Shown: positions 24,262-35,731, counted from the first letter of the whole stretch. The stretch is DNA of 63,298 nucleotides, filler included, from Basidiobolus meristosporus CBS 931.73 (GCA_002104905.1; 4 parts of 4 records of this genome joined end to end with filler, not necessarily neighbours in it), one strand, 5' to 3'. Made by a program: numbers and translations. The notes: generated by a model from the sequence alone, not told the origin.

Positions 24262-24299
24262 TGCAGATGAAACTGTCGGAATATTCAATCACTTGCATA

Positions 24300-25256
24300 T
24301 TCCAGTAAAAAATTAGTAGCATACTTAGTGGTAAATATACTGAACTCCATTTCTCCATGCTGGCGACTCCCAACATGTGTTGTGATGGGACTTGGTATTC
24401 ACCCGAAGAATTTTAGATGCATGTTCCATTTTCTCTTACGATTTTGCTGCCGCCGTTAACATTGGCACTCAGTTCCCAATAACCATCCTTCCAGGCCACT
24501 GTATTCCCACTGCATGCAACAAAGAGTTGATCAGGATTTCCATAGGCCCGCATACCAATATTGAAAAATTGGTTATGAATGAACGCATCAATGCAAGAGC
24601 CTGTTGTGAAATCAATACGGAAGCCATTTTGATGCGAGTAATAATAAGAAAAGTTCTGTACAGGATCTTGTAGCTTTGTCCCACCAATTATACGAACGCC
24701 TTTGCATTTGCTAATGGTAAGAAAATTGATCAACCCTTCGACTGTTTCATAACGGATACTTTCTAGAGAGGAACAATCCGTATGGTTGGATTCACCACAC
24801 CAAATTGAGATATTATATGCCTGCAAGGGATCTACAGCTTCAGAATGTACCATCTTTCGATCATTGACGCATAGAACGCTGGTTTCATCATGACAATCAC
24901 ACCTGGGAGCACCTGGTAGCCAACCTTCTATACGCCCCATTCGTTCATAGGGTATGAATCCTACGAATTTCTCATATTGAACCTTTATTCATACACTAAG
25001 CGAAATTATTAGTAAAATGCAGAATACGTATATGTTAATATACTTACTGTCGCTTCAATTTACTGCTCGGTTTAACATCCAATGTTTGGCATAGGATCTT
25101 TGTAACGGCTCCGCTTTGTAATCTAACATGCTTCTTGCTTGTCAGATCAGGAGAAAGATATAAATCAGAGTCTTGCAGCACATAGACCTCATCATGATCA
25201 AGTGAGAGTATAGTGTTGCTAAACCAAGCTAGAATTAATATTAGCAATTTGATCAT
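24300..25256 (-). pseudogene. Family A copy 1: signal peptide + SH3b-like + M15/Hedgehog-like domain + hydrophobic tail, with two nonsense codons
   Basis: Exon 1 25256-25048 (MIKLLILILAWF...KILCQTL), intron 25047-24996, exon 2 from 24995. The conserved SH3b Trp codon is TGA (24991-24989). A second stop TAA (24415-24413) precedes an in-frame hydrophobic tail SSVYLPLSMLLIFYW. Confidence 0.8.
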
Positions 25257-26047
25257 CTTGAGATATGGCTTGAAGCTTATGATTTGTGCTGTTGCCATTT
25301 TGTATCACTTCACATATGTCAAAACTTTTAATTGACCCTAATCCAAATTGTCGCTATGACTATATCGATTCTAGAAAATCCCAAATTTGGTCAGAGATGG
25401 ACATTCTACTAAGATTTGGTAACAAGAAAATAATAAATAGTATAAAAACTAACTTGCGATTTATTTGTAAGTGGATCAGGAGGTTCCTCTAGCCTCAATG
25501 CATTCTGGTACTACATCCATAATAATTATGATTTCACAAAAAAATTTAATCCCGTCTCCATTTCTATATATAGCACCATTTCATTATAGATCCAGATCAG
25601 TTTGGTTTCAATCCCAAAATTTGACATTTTCAATTAAAAGTGCAACAACAATCATGTTTCACACGGTTCAAATCAAATTAACATATATAATGGAATATTA
25701 TCACGTGTTTGATTCCAATTATATACAAAAATTTATAGAATCTTTGACATCTCAATTCAATTTGGTGCAACTTATAAAACATGATTGAATCAAATTGTAC
25801 TAACGTAATTAAGATACCATCTCGATTTTGTTCCTTGATCGTTATTGTCGTTGCAAAGGCTACGTACTAATTGCGTGTAAATTGGCATGAAAATCATCAT
25901 CAATAAGGTTGAACCTAGGTAGTGATCGCAAAGCTAAATACATGCATCTCTTAGTGGAATCTTATATATGTTGAGTGCTCTGTGATTCATTGCAAAACTA
26001 TATTCCGCAGCATTTACCCTAATGCTCAATGAATTTTCGAACTTTAT

Positions 26048-26937
26048 TCAGCAGATTCTTTGAAATGTGTATAGAAGTACAAGGGCCAAAAGGTAGGAGT
26101 TTTCAACATTCGGTAAAATGCCAGTAGATATATTTGGGGCAGGTAGTTTTGGATTCTTTCCTCCATCAATGTAAAAGGCAGCACTTATTCTATCCTTTCT
26201 TTTGGTAAATAAATTAGAACTACAAGCAACATAGAGCGGATCCATATCTTCGTTTTGTTGGTTTCCGATAAAGGTGAGGTTAGTAGTAACATATTTCTCA
26301 AGGCATGGGTTCAATTCCATGTCCACCTTGAATCCATCCTTGTAAGAGTACTTGGACTCACTCCCAGGTGCCTCAGTTCCTCCAATGAGCGATATATTAC
26401 ATTTTGTGGTTAAGAAAAAACTCACTAAGCCTTGGACCGTTTCATTTCGTATGCCATCTAGAGAAACACAATTCTCGGACTTTACGACGCATATATTTGG
26501 GATCTTGATTTTTGCCTTATTCAATATTCTGAAAGCTTCATCACCTGTCAGGATAGTCTCGCTTAGTGATGGGATCCCGGGGGCTCTACAGGCGCAACTA
26601 GGTGCTCCTGGTATCCATTCATGTTCTTTTTGCATATGGGAGTACGGAACATAGCCTGACTGATTTCCATATTGTACTTTACTCCATATCCTGCCACATG
26701 GTTAATTCATTTCAAAATAATATCATACTTCTGTGCTCACCTAGTAGAGTTATCTTTGTTGCTCACAAGCTGACAAAGTACCTTCACGGTATCTCCTTTT
26801 TTAAGATCGGTTATTTTGATGCCTTCAAGACTAGTAGCGTTGTATATGGATGAATCTTGCTCCAGTAAAAACAGGTCTATACCGTTTACGAGAAGAACGC
26901 CTATAATTAGCAGATAAAGATAAAAGAATGGGGGCAT
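26048..26937 (-). CDS. Family A copy 2 (279 aa, 2 exons): secreted, probably GPI-anchored SH3b + degenerate M15-like protein
   Basis: Exon 1 26937-26741, GT-AG intron 26740-26691, exon 2 26690-26048. Spliced product reads LKKGDTVKVLCQ...RIWSKVQYGNQSGYVPY...WIPGAPSC...GGTE...YSYKDGFKVD..., with C-terminal YLLALVLLYTF. Confidence 0.85.
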
Positions 26938-27164
26938 GCCAGTTAGTAAATAAGATATCAGCTTTGACCAACGCTATTGATGCTTACACCAGTGATATTT
27001 AACCAAACTTGCATCGGTAGTACTCTTCCAAATTTCCGATCAAAGTGATACCTGCAAACTATATTAGGTATGGTTTGTGGATAATATTTAATTGTATCCG
27101 GGTGTGACATCCGAAATAAAGTAGATTAGTATTCATTATTATGGTGTTTAGAAAAAAATAATTG

Positions 27165-27655
27165 GATTCTATTGAGCACATGTTAGGTGGAGTGCTTACA
27201 AGCTTACCGTCTTCAGGATAGGAACTGAATCTGGTAGTACCAGGTTAATACTTCAGTTCTGGTGACAAACAAAGCATTAATTATTAAGCCACATTCACCG
27301 ATATGCCAGTTTTGCCTAGATACCGAATCCAATGTAGTCGATTCTACAGTAGTCCCTTCCTTTGATACGTGCACGGTACTACTAATCAACTTGTGTCTGA
27401 TTCAATTGTTGCCCGATAGGCCTTTTCACACTTTAGTAAGCATCTCGGAATATTGGAGAACACTAATATGACAGGTTGCATCGTGATATGGTATCTCGAT
27501 TACTAACGATATGATTAGAGTTATAATGGATGCGATATCGTTGCAGAACAGATCTCGTGAAAATCAACTGAATATTCACATCAAACAAATGCATTGCCCA
27601 GGCAGTTACTTTCTGACTTATTTCCAAGTTGGAGACCTCACCAATCCCACGTTAT
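27165..27655 (-). pseudogene. Family C repeated pseudogenic segment, copy 1 (unidentified protein)
   Basis: Homologous to 28780-29310 and 38420-38930 (tgttaggtggagtgctt, gttttgcctagat, aggccttttcacact...agcatctcgga). Multiple stops. Confidence 0.6.
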
Positions 27656-28779
27656 GGAGATAAAGTCTGATGAAGTTAACTTGATATCTCCACCATTTGT
27701 ATGCATTCCACCAATAGTTACTTGAATATTTATTTCCAGGTTGGTGGTTCACTAACCCCAAGATCTGGAGTTGTGAACTAATTGCATATGATTATACAAT
27801 GATATGTTTATTTCTGACTGCGTGTACTTACTACAGCCTTACCACTAGGGTTCACCAAAGTCCATATAGTTGGCATTCCTATTTCTATAGTTTTCCTAAT
27901 TATCCCTATAGATGTGGTTCGATTGACTGTCGATGAACATGGCCACTAGCCTAAATTACGGTCGGTCCAACTCTCTGGGAAGAGTCCCCTGATACCCGCA
28001 TCAAGAATGTTTAAAATTCTAATAATGCTACGGATGACACATTGCGTAAATATGTAGTTAATGGCAAACACGGCATTTATTGGCCCAGCATTTCATGTAA
28101 ATGGAAATGAATTCACCTCATGCTCTTCAGTTAGTTGCAACAGTTTATCCATTTAGTTCTTCAACTTTCACTGGCCTTGACGACAGTTTATAGTAGATTT
28201 GTTATATCTGACCGGGTGATTATTTTTGCGCAATAAAGATCTACAATAAGAGCTCAAGTTTATCAGTATATTAATTCTATGCTATTAGAAGAGTCACATA
28301 TTCTGGAAAAAGCTGGGGTGTTCATCTTATCGGCTCAAAATGCTAGTTGCTATATCAAGATGCACCTTAATAGAAGCGGAGTTACTTTATTCAGAGTAAA
28401 TTAGTTGACAGACTTTCTTGAGAAGAGCTGGTAGAATTTCTCAGCTAAGACTAGAGTACACTACTTCCCAATGTCAAGTGGCACGAGATTGGGTTTCTAT
28501 ATAAATTTGCAAACAATATACATTGTGATATCCAGAACACTGTTGTACAGTAAAAGGGCAAGACAACATTTTAGCGGTCGTCAGCTTATTGAAAAAGTTC
28601 CATGATGACTAATAAACTTTAGGCAGGGGTTTCTTAGAAAATATGACCAAATGCCTTTGCAAGTGATTTCATAAAGCGACACAGCACTCTAATTACAACA
28701 TCTTAATGTATCATCACCCAAATACCTAATCAATGGCATTTATCAAGTTGGACACCATGGACTATATGTTACTCACAGA

Positions 28780-29310
28780 ATCTAGATTGAGAACCTGAGA
28801 TCCACTATTTCCGATTGGAATCCAATGAGCACGTGTTAGGTGGAGTGCTTGCAAGCTTACCATCTTCCAGATAGGAACTGAATTTGGTAGTACCAGATTC
28901 ATATTTTAGTTCTGGCGACATCTAACGCATCAACTACCAAGTCACAATCACCAATATGCCAGTTTTACCTAGATGCCGAATACAATGTAGTTGATTCTAC
29001 AGTAGTCCCTTTCTTTCATACGCACACGGTACTACTAATCAGCTTGTGTCACATTCAATTTTTGCCTGATAGGCCTTTCCACACTTTGTTAAGCATCTCG
29101 GAGTAAAGGAGAAGACTAATATGCTGTGTTGCATTGGGGTTTGTTATCTTAATTTCTAATCATAGGATCAGAGTAGTAGTTGATGCGATATCATTGAATA
29201 TTAAATACCGTGAAAATTGGCTTGATATGCATTTCAAATAGATACAATGACCAGGTGGTTGTTTACAGACTTATTTATACGTGAGAGGCCTCACCAACCC
29301 CACTAAATGG
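28780..29310 (-). pseudogene. Family C repeated pseudogenic segment, copy 2
   Basis: Residual minus-strand frame HISLLLYSEMLNKVWKGLSGKN*M*HKLISSTVCV*KKG...IGDCDLVVDALDVARTK, with stops. Confidence 0.6.
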
Positions 29311-29599
29311 TGCCATGTAGCAATGACTATATTTCAATAAACTCTCTACTCATAGCTTCTTTACACATATGTATTTAGTCAACATATAGAATGGTTATGT
29401 ATTCTCGAAGTAGCTACTGCTCTAAAACACATAGAATGTAAAGTGTATTAATAGGAAACGTTTTACAATGTGTAGATATATATACTCCCTTTGGAAAATA
29501 CTAAGGATGTTATGGGTTTATAAAAGTAATAGTTTAATGACAATTATCGTTGATATTAATAGGCTTAGGGGGTGTAGAAGACATTAAACTAAACAGGAC

Positions 29600-29880
29600 A
29601 GATGGATCTGGTTTCTTCCCTCCATCAATGTAAAAGGCAGCACTTATTCTATCCTTTCTTTTGGTAAATAAATTAGAACTACAAGCAACATAGAGCGGAT
29701 CCATATCTTTGTTTTGTTGGTTAAAGAACTTTCACGGCGCTTCCTTTTTTCACATCAATAACTTTATCGCCTCAAAGGCTAGTAGCATTGTATATGTTTG
29801 AGTCTTCCTCTAGTAGAAACTGATCTATTCCATTCACGGTAAGAACGGCGATTACCAGCAGATAAAAAAGATGCTTACCG
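29600..29880 (-). pseudogene. Family A copy 4: internally deleted chimeric fragment
   Basis: Reads LLVIAVLTVNGIDQFLLEEDSNIYNATSL*GDKVIDVKKGSAVKVL, joined directly to NQQNKDMDPLYVACSSNLFTKRKDRISAAFYIDGG. The 3' ~100 bp differ from copy 2 (26160-26263) at one position. Confidence 0.8.
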
Positions 29881-30549
29881 GTGTTTTTTAACCGAATATC
29901 AATCGGTAATATTCTACCGATTTCTCCATTTGTTATACTTACAAGCCTAGTATCTACTCACTTCATAGCCAACATTGTATTACAGATTCTTGAGAGCTTA
30001 GATTTGGATTCCAAAACTTCACGATCACTAATCTTGATATGACAGGAAAACCCATTTTCAAGTACTACATGCATATAAGTCTTTCAAGATAATGGCTAGT
30101 TTAAGTATGGCCAGGTGCAATGGAATCAATATTTGCAAATGTTCTACAAAGCCATACTCGACCAAAATAGCAAATAGTATCATTATTACCGAGTTGAATA
30201 ATTCAAAGTAGCACATCATATTAAATCAAATTTTGTATTTTACCTGAATCCATATATACGATTGATACTAATGGTCCATAGTTTGATACTAGCCAGTTAA
30301 ATCTTAGTTGCCATGCACTCAAAACCTGATTGCATGAATAGTTGGTTATTTTCTCTAGTATAGTAAGACAAATACCAACTCTAAGTTCTAATCCCGTTTG
30401 ATAACTAGGTTGAATCAACAATCAACACAATACAAGCCCACATACTAATCTATCACTCGTTTGTACCTGGGAAGTAGCTCTATCAAAAATATCCATTAAA
30501 ATGGCCCATTTTATACAAAAAACACAGAATGTGGATCAGTGCTTATTAC

Positions 30550-30557
30550 TATAAATA
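30550..30557 (+). promoter_or_regulatory. TATA box (TATAAATA) upstream of the phosphodiester glycosidase gene
   Basis: Lies ~40 nt before the ATG at 30597, which sits in a gccATG context. Confidence 0.45.
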
Positions 30558-30596
30558 CTTCCAAAAGCAACTATATTCCAGACAACCAATATCGCC

Positions 30597-31358
30597 ATGT
30601 CTGAAGCTCGAGTCAACCAATTTACCTACCAAGGCATTGAAGTAACTGCAATTGTTGCAGATGTCGCTACCATTGGCGTTGCAGATGTGGACAAAGCCAA
30701 TGTCTATTCGTCATCGTATTATGGGTGCAATGGTGGCTATTTCAATCGCCAAGCATCTCCCGTGGATCTAGTGGCAATTGTCTGTAAAGCTGGAGGCGTG
30801 CCAGTAAGAAATGGAGGAGGCGCTCATAACTATGGGAACTACACTAGGGGAACCATGATATGCACTAAAAATTCAAACGGGAACCTATTCATTTCTACCG
30901 CTGTGATTAGTAATCTTTCTAGCTACCCAAAGGAGAGCATCCACTGGGCAGTCGGTGGCTTGAGTCTACATCTTGATACAACATTCACCGAACAAGAATG
31001 GCTAGACAATATAGCAAGCAAAGAAAGCTCGGGAGGTGTTGGTGCGATGGGAGCCAACGCTACTTCAGCAAGAACAGCCATCGGTTACCGAAGTGCTGAC
31101 AACAAAATCATTCTTGTCAGCATAAGATCGGCAACTCCAGGCCAAGTGAGAAACCTTATGAAATCCTATATTGGCTGCAACAGTGGCATCATGCTTGATG
31201 GATCGAACTCCTCTCAGATAAAAGGAAAAACCGCAGGAGGCACTGATATTCTTGCTGGCTTTGGGACTGAATCTGACGTTAAAACAGGCCCAGCCATATA
31301 CTCAATGGTTACAGTCACCCCATCTCGTTGGATAAACACCACTAATGTTCGTAAGTAA
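30597..31358 (+). CDS. Phosphodiester glycosidase (NAGPA-family)-like protein, 253 aa, intronless, bacterial-looking
   Basis: Motifs GCNGGYF, WAVGGLSL, ARTAIGY and GIMLDGSNSSQ correspond to the family NGG[FY]F / RTA.G / LDGGGS motifs. No signal peptide or TM segment. Confidence 0.75.
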   Translation: MSEARVNQFTYQGIEVTAIVADVATIGVADVDKANVYSSSYYGCNGGYFNRQASPVDLVAIVCKAGGVPVRNGGGAHNYGNYTRGTMICTKNSNGNLFISTAVISNLSSYPKESIHWAVGGLSLHLDTTFTEQEWLDNIASKESSGGVGAMGANATSARTAIGYRSADNKIILVSIRSATPGQVRNLMKSYIGCNSGIMLDGSNSSQIKGKTAGGTDILAGFGTESDVKTGPAIYSMVTVTPSRWINTTNVRK

Positions 31359-32079
31359 TACTGGTGAATCTGGTGTAATGGGAATACACAACCTGCCTAA
31401 ATTTAAAGCCATTCTTAAATAAAGATTTTGAATTAATTGGGTTTCGACTCCAATATAGCTGACATGACGTATTATCCCACTACTTGAACAATGTACTACT
31501 CCACCTTCCATAAGCTATACCATAAATTGTGTGTGATTGCAGATCTGATCTACCTGAATTGGGAATGCAAAATGGAGTACATAGAACCGATAGGATTTCA
31601 ATCTTCATAAATTGAGGCGAGTGACCAAAGATCGAGATTATTTGGTTATGGTTTCCAAATTTCTGATTGTATCATAATTCAATAGATGCAAAATAATCGG
31701 TGTTGAAATCGGGAGGAATGAACTCTATATTCTCACCATACGTACGCATTCCCCAAGAAATTGCTTTACGATTTATTTCTATGCTAGAGGTTCCACCAAC
31801 TCCAAGGTATGGTGCTATGGATTAATATAGTATAAAAGAAGCATATTTAAATAATATATTCTTTTCTATCTATGGTACATCAATTTTGTGTAACCATCAT
31901 AACGCTGGGTTAGTATGTTCGAGGCTTTGTTTTGTACAAAATTGCTATGGTGGTTAACTACAAAGTGCGTATATGCAGGATTCAGCAAAACCGGTCATCA
32001 CGTTATAAGATTGATGTAGCCCTATTTCTCTAAGCAAGGCAATGGCCCTTAACGTTAATTGACATTTGATGAGGTGAAA

Positions 32080-32510
32080 TATAGATTCTGGATGATTTCT
32101 ACAAATGCTTGATGTCTCAGAAGAATACACTTCATAACTAGATCCAATCTTGTAAGATGGGTAATTGGGAATTTGGAAGTGTGAAGTTCAATTTTCCAAG
32201 TATCATGAAACATCACCGATCAGATATAAAGCATTTATTAATGCAGTGTAGAGAATAGATATTAATGCAACAGAATGTTCTCTACAGCCCATTGTGGTCA
32301 AAAATGCCATCGGATGCAACTCCAAATCAGGATATTGGCTACCGACTAGTCCAGAATATGATCATTGCATATCTGAGCTACAAACATGTTTCCTGATCGT
32401 AAGAATATTTAATTGTTCCAGTCTTGAAATTTGAACTTATGGACGCTAATCATCTACGGAAATCTAGATGGCTGACTGTGACTTTTCAGCACAATATTCA
32501 AGGGAAGTAT
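32080..32510 (-). pseudogene. Family D repeated pseudogenic segment, copy 1 (unidentified; weak LRR/F-box-like hints)
   Basis: Homologous to 39500-39939 (gatgtctcagaag, gcaacagaatg.tctct.cagccca.tgtggtc.a, ctgatcgtaagaatatt, caatattcaag). Multiple stops. Confidence 0.5.
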
Positions 32511-32979
32511 GTTGATCATTTATTATAGTCTATTTTTATCTAGGTTATGAAACATCAATGTGTCAGTTTGTCCGGAACTGGGCAAATTCAACAGAATGTT
32601 GGGCAAACTACATTGGGAATTGCCACCTCAGAAATTCCAGTCTGATACCCAGCTACCTTTTTAGGAGAATATATCGGGTGTATAGTTTGGCCATATGTGG
32701 GATCTAGGTTAAGATGAACAAATTCGATAATTTCACATCTTGATACCTTAAATTGAACTTCACGCTAGATGTTAATTTGTATAGTTTCAGATCTATGATC
32801 CAGTCAAGTACATTCACATATTTTCTCCAAGACCTTTAGTATGACTACTGCTAGTGAACCCAGGATTTATTGAAGAGTTGAATAATTGATGAAAACGGCA
32901 TAGCATGTTGCAATAATCGGCGTATTGTGGATAATTGTTAGATGTTCAAGATGTTGATTTGGCTTTGGGGCTTCCAAGT

Positions 32980-34461
32980 CTAATATATCAACTTGGATTC
33001 TTTTTCATCTTCATATACTGTTGGCCAACGGTATAGTGCACTATTGTTTGGACCAGTTTTGCTATCTGTGATAATGGATGTCTTGGATATTATATCCCAA
33101 GATTCCAGCATTTCTCTCAATAGTGGTTGTTTTTTAGCATTAAAACCAGAAATTGTTAATGTAGCAACCGATAACAAAACAACAATAGCCCACAATAATA
33201 CACTTAACCAGGAAAATTGCAATCTCAAAGTTGAGCCTACGATTTGAATTTTGACTTCTTCAAAATTTTTCAGAATTGCCTCTCGGAAAAACTCATTGAA
33301 TGTTTCCGATAAGACCTGGTGAGCTGGCTGATTTTTCCCGAGGCTGCTGTATACATTGTATTTGATAGATGCTGCTTCCTTGATCATATCAATAGCGGTC
33401 TCCTTCCAGTGATCAGTTCCTAGCCACAATTTCATTTTTTCCTCTTGAAGTTGGCTCATCAAGCTATCAAAATTATCATGCTGCATGGTTGTCGGGGTTT
33501 CTATCCATTGGATTTTCTTTGTGTTGTTTATGCTTAGATTGCCATATGAGACAGTTGTTTCAATAGGGCATGTGTAGTTCAGTTGGCACCACTGTTGAGG
33601 GAGGTTTGTTTCCAGAGTTCTTTTGATATCAGCGGCGGCTTTAGGGTTTCTGCTTTCAAAATCCTGGTTGATAAGAAAGTGAAGTGAGGGTTGAATCCGG
33701 CTGCAACGACTGGTTAGCGACTCTGCCACTATGTTGCTAGCAGAATCTCCATAGCTCACGCGGAATTGTACATTCGAGGTTTGTTGAAGTACACCAACTG
33801 AATAAACTTCGCATTCCAAGGATTTTGGGGATATATTGAACTTCCACCATGAAGGTACCCCTTGAGGTAGCAGAATAGTTGCTGAATCCATTCCGATTGG
33901 TGCGTCAAGAAATACATCAGACGTCAGAAGGGGCTTTTCACCATATACCACTTGCCTAAATGATGATACCAGAGAAGTTCTGCTTTTGATGGCCTCGACA
34001 AGACTAGAACCAGTTTGCTGGTGCGCTTCATATTCATACTTGACCATTACGTTCTGAAATACATGGGAAGCCCAATATACACTTGCCAGCGGGATTATCA
34101 GACCAGTCAAAAACAACAAAAGTAGTATTGTACGTGTGACTTTTTCAACACCATACTTGAGAGCACTTCGTAGACAAGTTACTAAAGAGTTGATTCCTGG
34201 CATATGCGTCATGGAGGTTCCAATTGCCCAACTGCTACCATGATGGGTCAGGGAATTCATGGAATTATATCGGCTCCACCACCACATGTGCCAAATGGCC
34301 AGAGTTGTTGTGGCAACAAGTATAGTCCTGGCAATAGGAACTATGGAAGTAGAGATCCAATTCCATTTGTCATCAATGATTATAGAGCCAATAGGTAACA
34401 GGCATCTTGCAAGTTCCTGCTGTCCACTGTTGGTAACGATGCTACAAGTATGGTATTCCAT
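32980..34461 (-). CDS. Family B copy 1: unrecognised 3-TM membrane protein with large Cys-containing loop, intronless
   Basis: Intact ORF; likely start is ATG 34461 (MEYHTC), which aligns with the MVYYTSC start of the paralog. Motifs shared with 36342-37901: SWAI.T.MTHMPG, VVYGEKPLL, WC...Y.C, KEAA..KY..Y.SLGK, PLL...L.SW, Y.WP. Confidence 0.85.
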   Translation of the reverse strand: MEYHTCSIVTNSGQQELARCLLPIGSIIIDDKWNWISTSIVPIARTILVATTTLAIWHMWWWSRYNSMNSLTHHGSSWAIGTSMTHMPGINSLVTCLRSALKYGVEKVTRTILLLLFLTGLIIPLASVYWASHVFQNVMVKYEYEAHQQTGSSLVEAIKSRTSLVSSFRQVVYGEKPLLTSDVFLDAPIGMDSATILLPQGVPSWWKFNISPKSLECEVYSVGVLQQTSNVQFRVSYGDSASNIVAESLTSRCSRIQPSLHFLINQDFESRNPKAAADIKRTLETNLPQQWCQLNYTCPIETTVSYGNLSINNTKKIQWIETPTTMQHDNFDSLMSQLQEEKMKLWLGTDHWKETAIDMIKEAASIKYNVYSSLGKNQPAHQVLSETFNEFFREAILKNFEEVKIQIVGSTLRLQFSWLSVLLWAIVVLLSVATLTISGFNAKKQPLLREMLESWDIISKTSIITDSKTGPNNSALYRWPTVYEDEKESKLIY

Positions 34462-34776
34462 ATAAATTCTGAAGTGAATAATTCTGATGACCAAGATCTT
34501 ACACTTTTATAATTCGTCGAATCCAGCCTTATATTTTGCTATTGATACATCCTACGTATGATTCATGAAATCTAGTCACCTTGTTCAGTAGTGATATGTC
34601 TTACGTTTGACTAAATTACAGATTACACCAACACTTCAATCCCACATACTTACCTTGTTGCACCCCCAGAATATATCAGGCTTGTGAAAATGGGAGTGAA
34701 ACCCCAAATTATACTATTAACAGCATATATTACAAAAATAATTAGCACTTTATTTTTTAATCATATTTTTCCTCAT

Positions 34777-35731
34777 TCATCCAAGTAAGAATGTAGAGAG
34801 TAGCGTGGAAATTATTAGTAGGACAGTAAAGTGGAAGCTTGCCGTATTGCTGTAGGAAAAAGCACCATTTGGGACGTAGCATTTAGTGTCATTAGCCAAC
34901 ACCACTCGATTTCCACCATTAACGTAGGCACTCATCTCCCAGTGATCTTGTTTCCAAGCAAACATGTTTCCACTGCAAGCAACATACAGCTTATCAGGGG
35001 TACCATACTTTCGATTACCGATGTAATGAAAGTTGTTTTTGATGAATTTATCAATGCATGGATTGGATGAAAAGTCAACTCTGAATCCACGCTTGTGAGA
35101 ATAATACGATTCAGAATCCAATATTTCAGTGCCACCTACAACACTGACTTCAGTGCATTTACTGGTGAATAGAAAATTCACCAGACCTTGAATTGTTTCA
35201 TTTCTGACTCCTTCAAAAGACGGGCATGTTGTATTCATTGAAGTTTGGCACTTTGTAGGAATATTATGGGACTTCAGGTATAGAATAGCATCTTCATGTT
35301 GTATCTTTTGGTTGTCAATGCAGAGTACACTCTGTTCTTGTCTGCATAAACATCTGGGGGCACCAGGTAGCCAGCTTTCAAAGCTTTCCATTCGTTCGTA
35401 AGGTACAAAACCAGTATACTGTTGGTATGCAACTTGGCTCCATACACTATGATATTGTGTTAAAAAAGTGTATGTATGAAATGGTATTGGCTACTTACCT
35501 GCGTCCCAGAGGAGTGCTATCATTTGAGTAGCGTGCATAACTTACCGTATCCAACGTTTGGCACAAAACTTTCACAACACTTCCGCTTGGAATTCTCGTA
35601 GTTCCGACACTTCCTAGATTTGGCTCCTGAAACAAATCCGAGTCTTGCTTCATGCGAATTTCATCATAAGCACCTAGAGCTAGCGCCACATTAATGCATA
35701 GCGCGAAATAAAACCACAAATAACGGAACAT
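34777..35731 (-). CDS. Family A copy 3 (300 aa, 2 exons): secreted, probably GPI-anchored SH3b + M15/Hedgehog-like protein retaining H-x6-D and distal His
   Basis: Exon 1 35731-35499, intron 35498-35447, exon 2 35446-34777. Reads IPSGSVVKVLCQT...SVWSQVAYQQYTGFVPY...GGTE...YSHKRGFRVDF...AWKQDHWE..., with tail FHFTVLLIISTLLSTFLLG. Confidence 0.87.

Noticed and set aside
35531-35559. Alternative GTAAGT donor and 29-bp mini-intron in family A copy 3 exon 1
   Set aside because: Using it puts exon 2 out of frame. The downstream phase-2 donor matches both paralogs.
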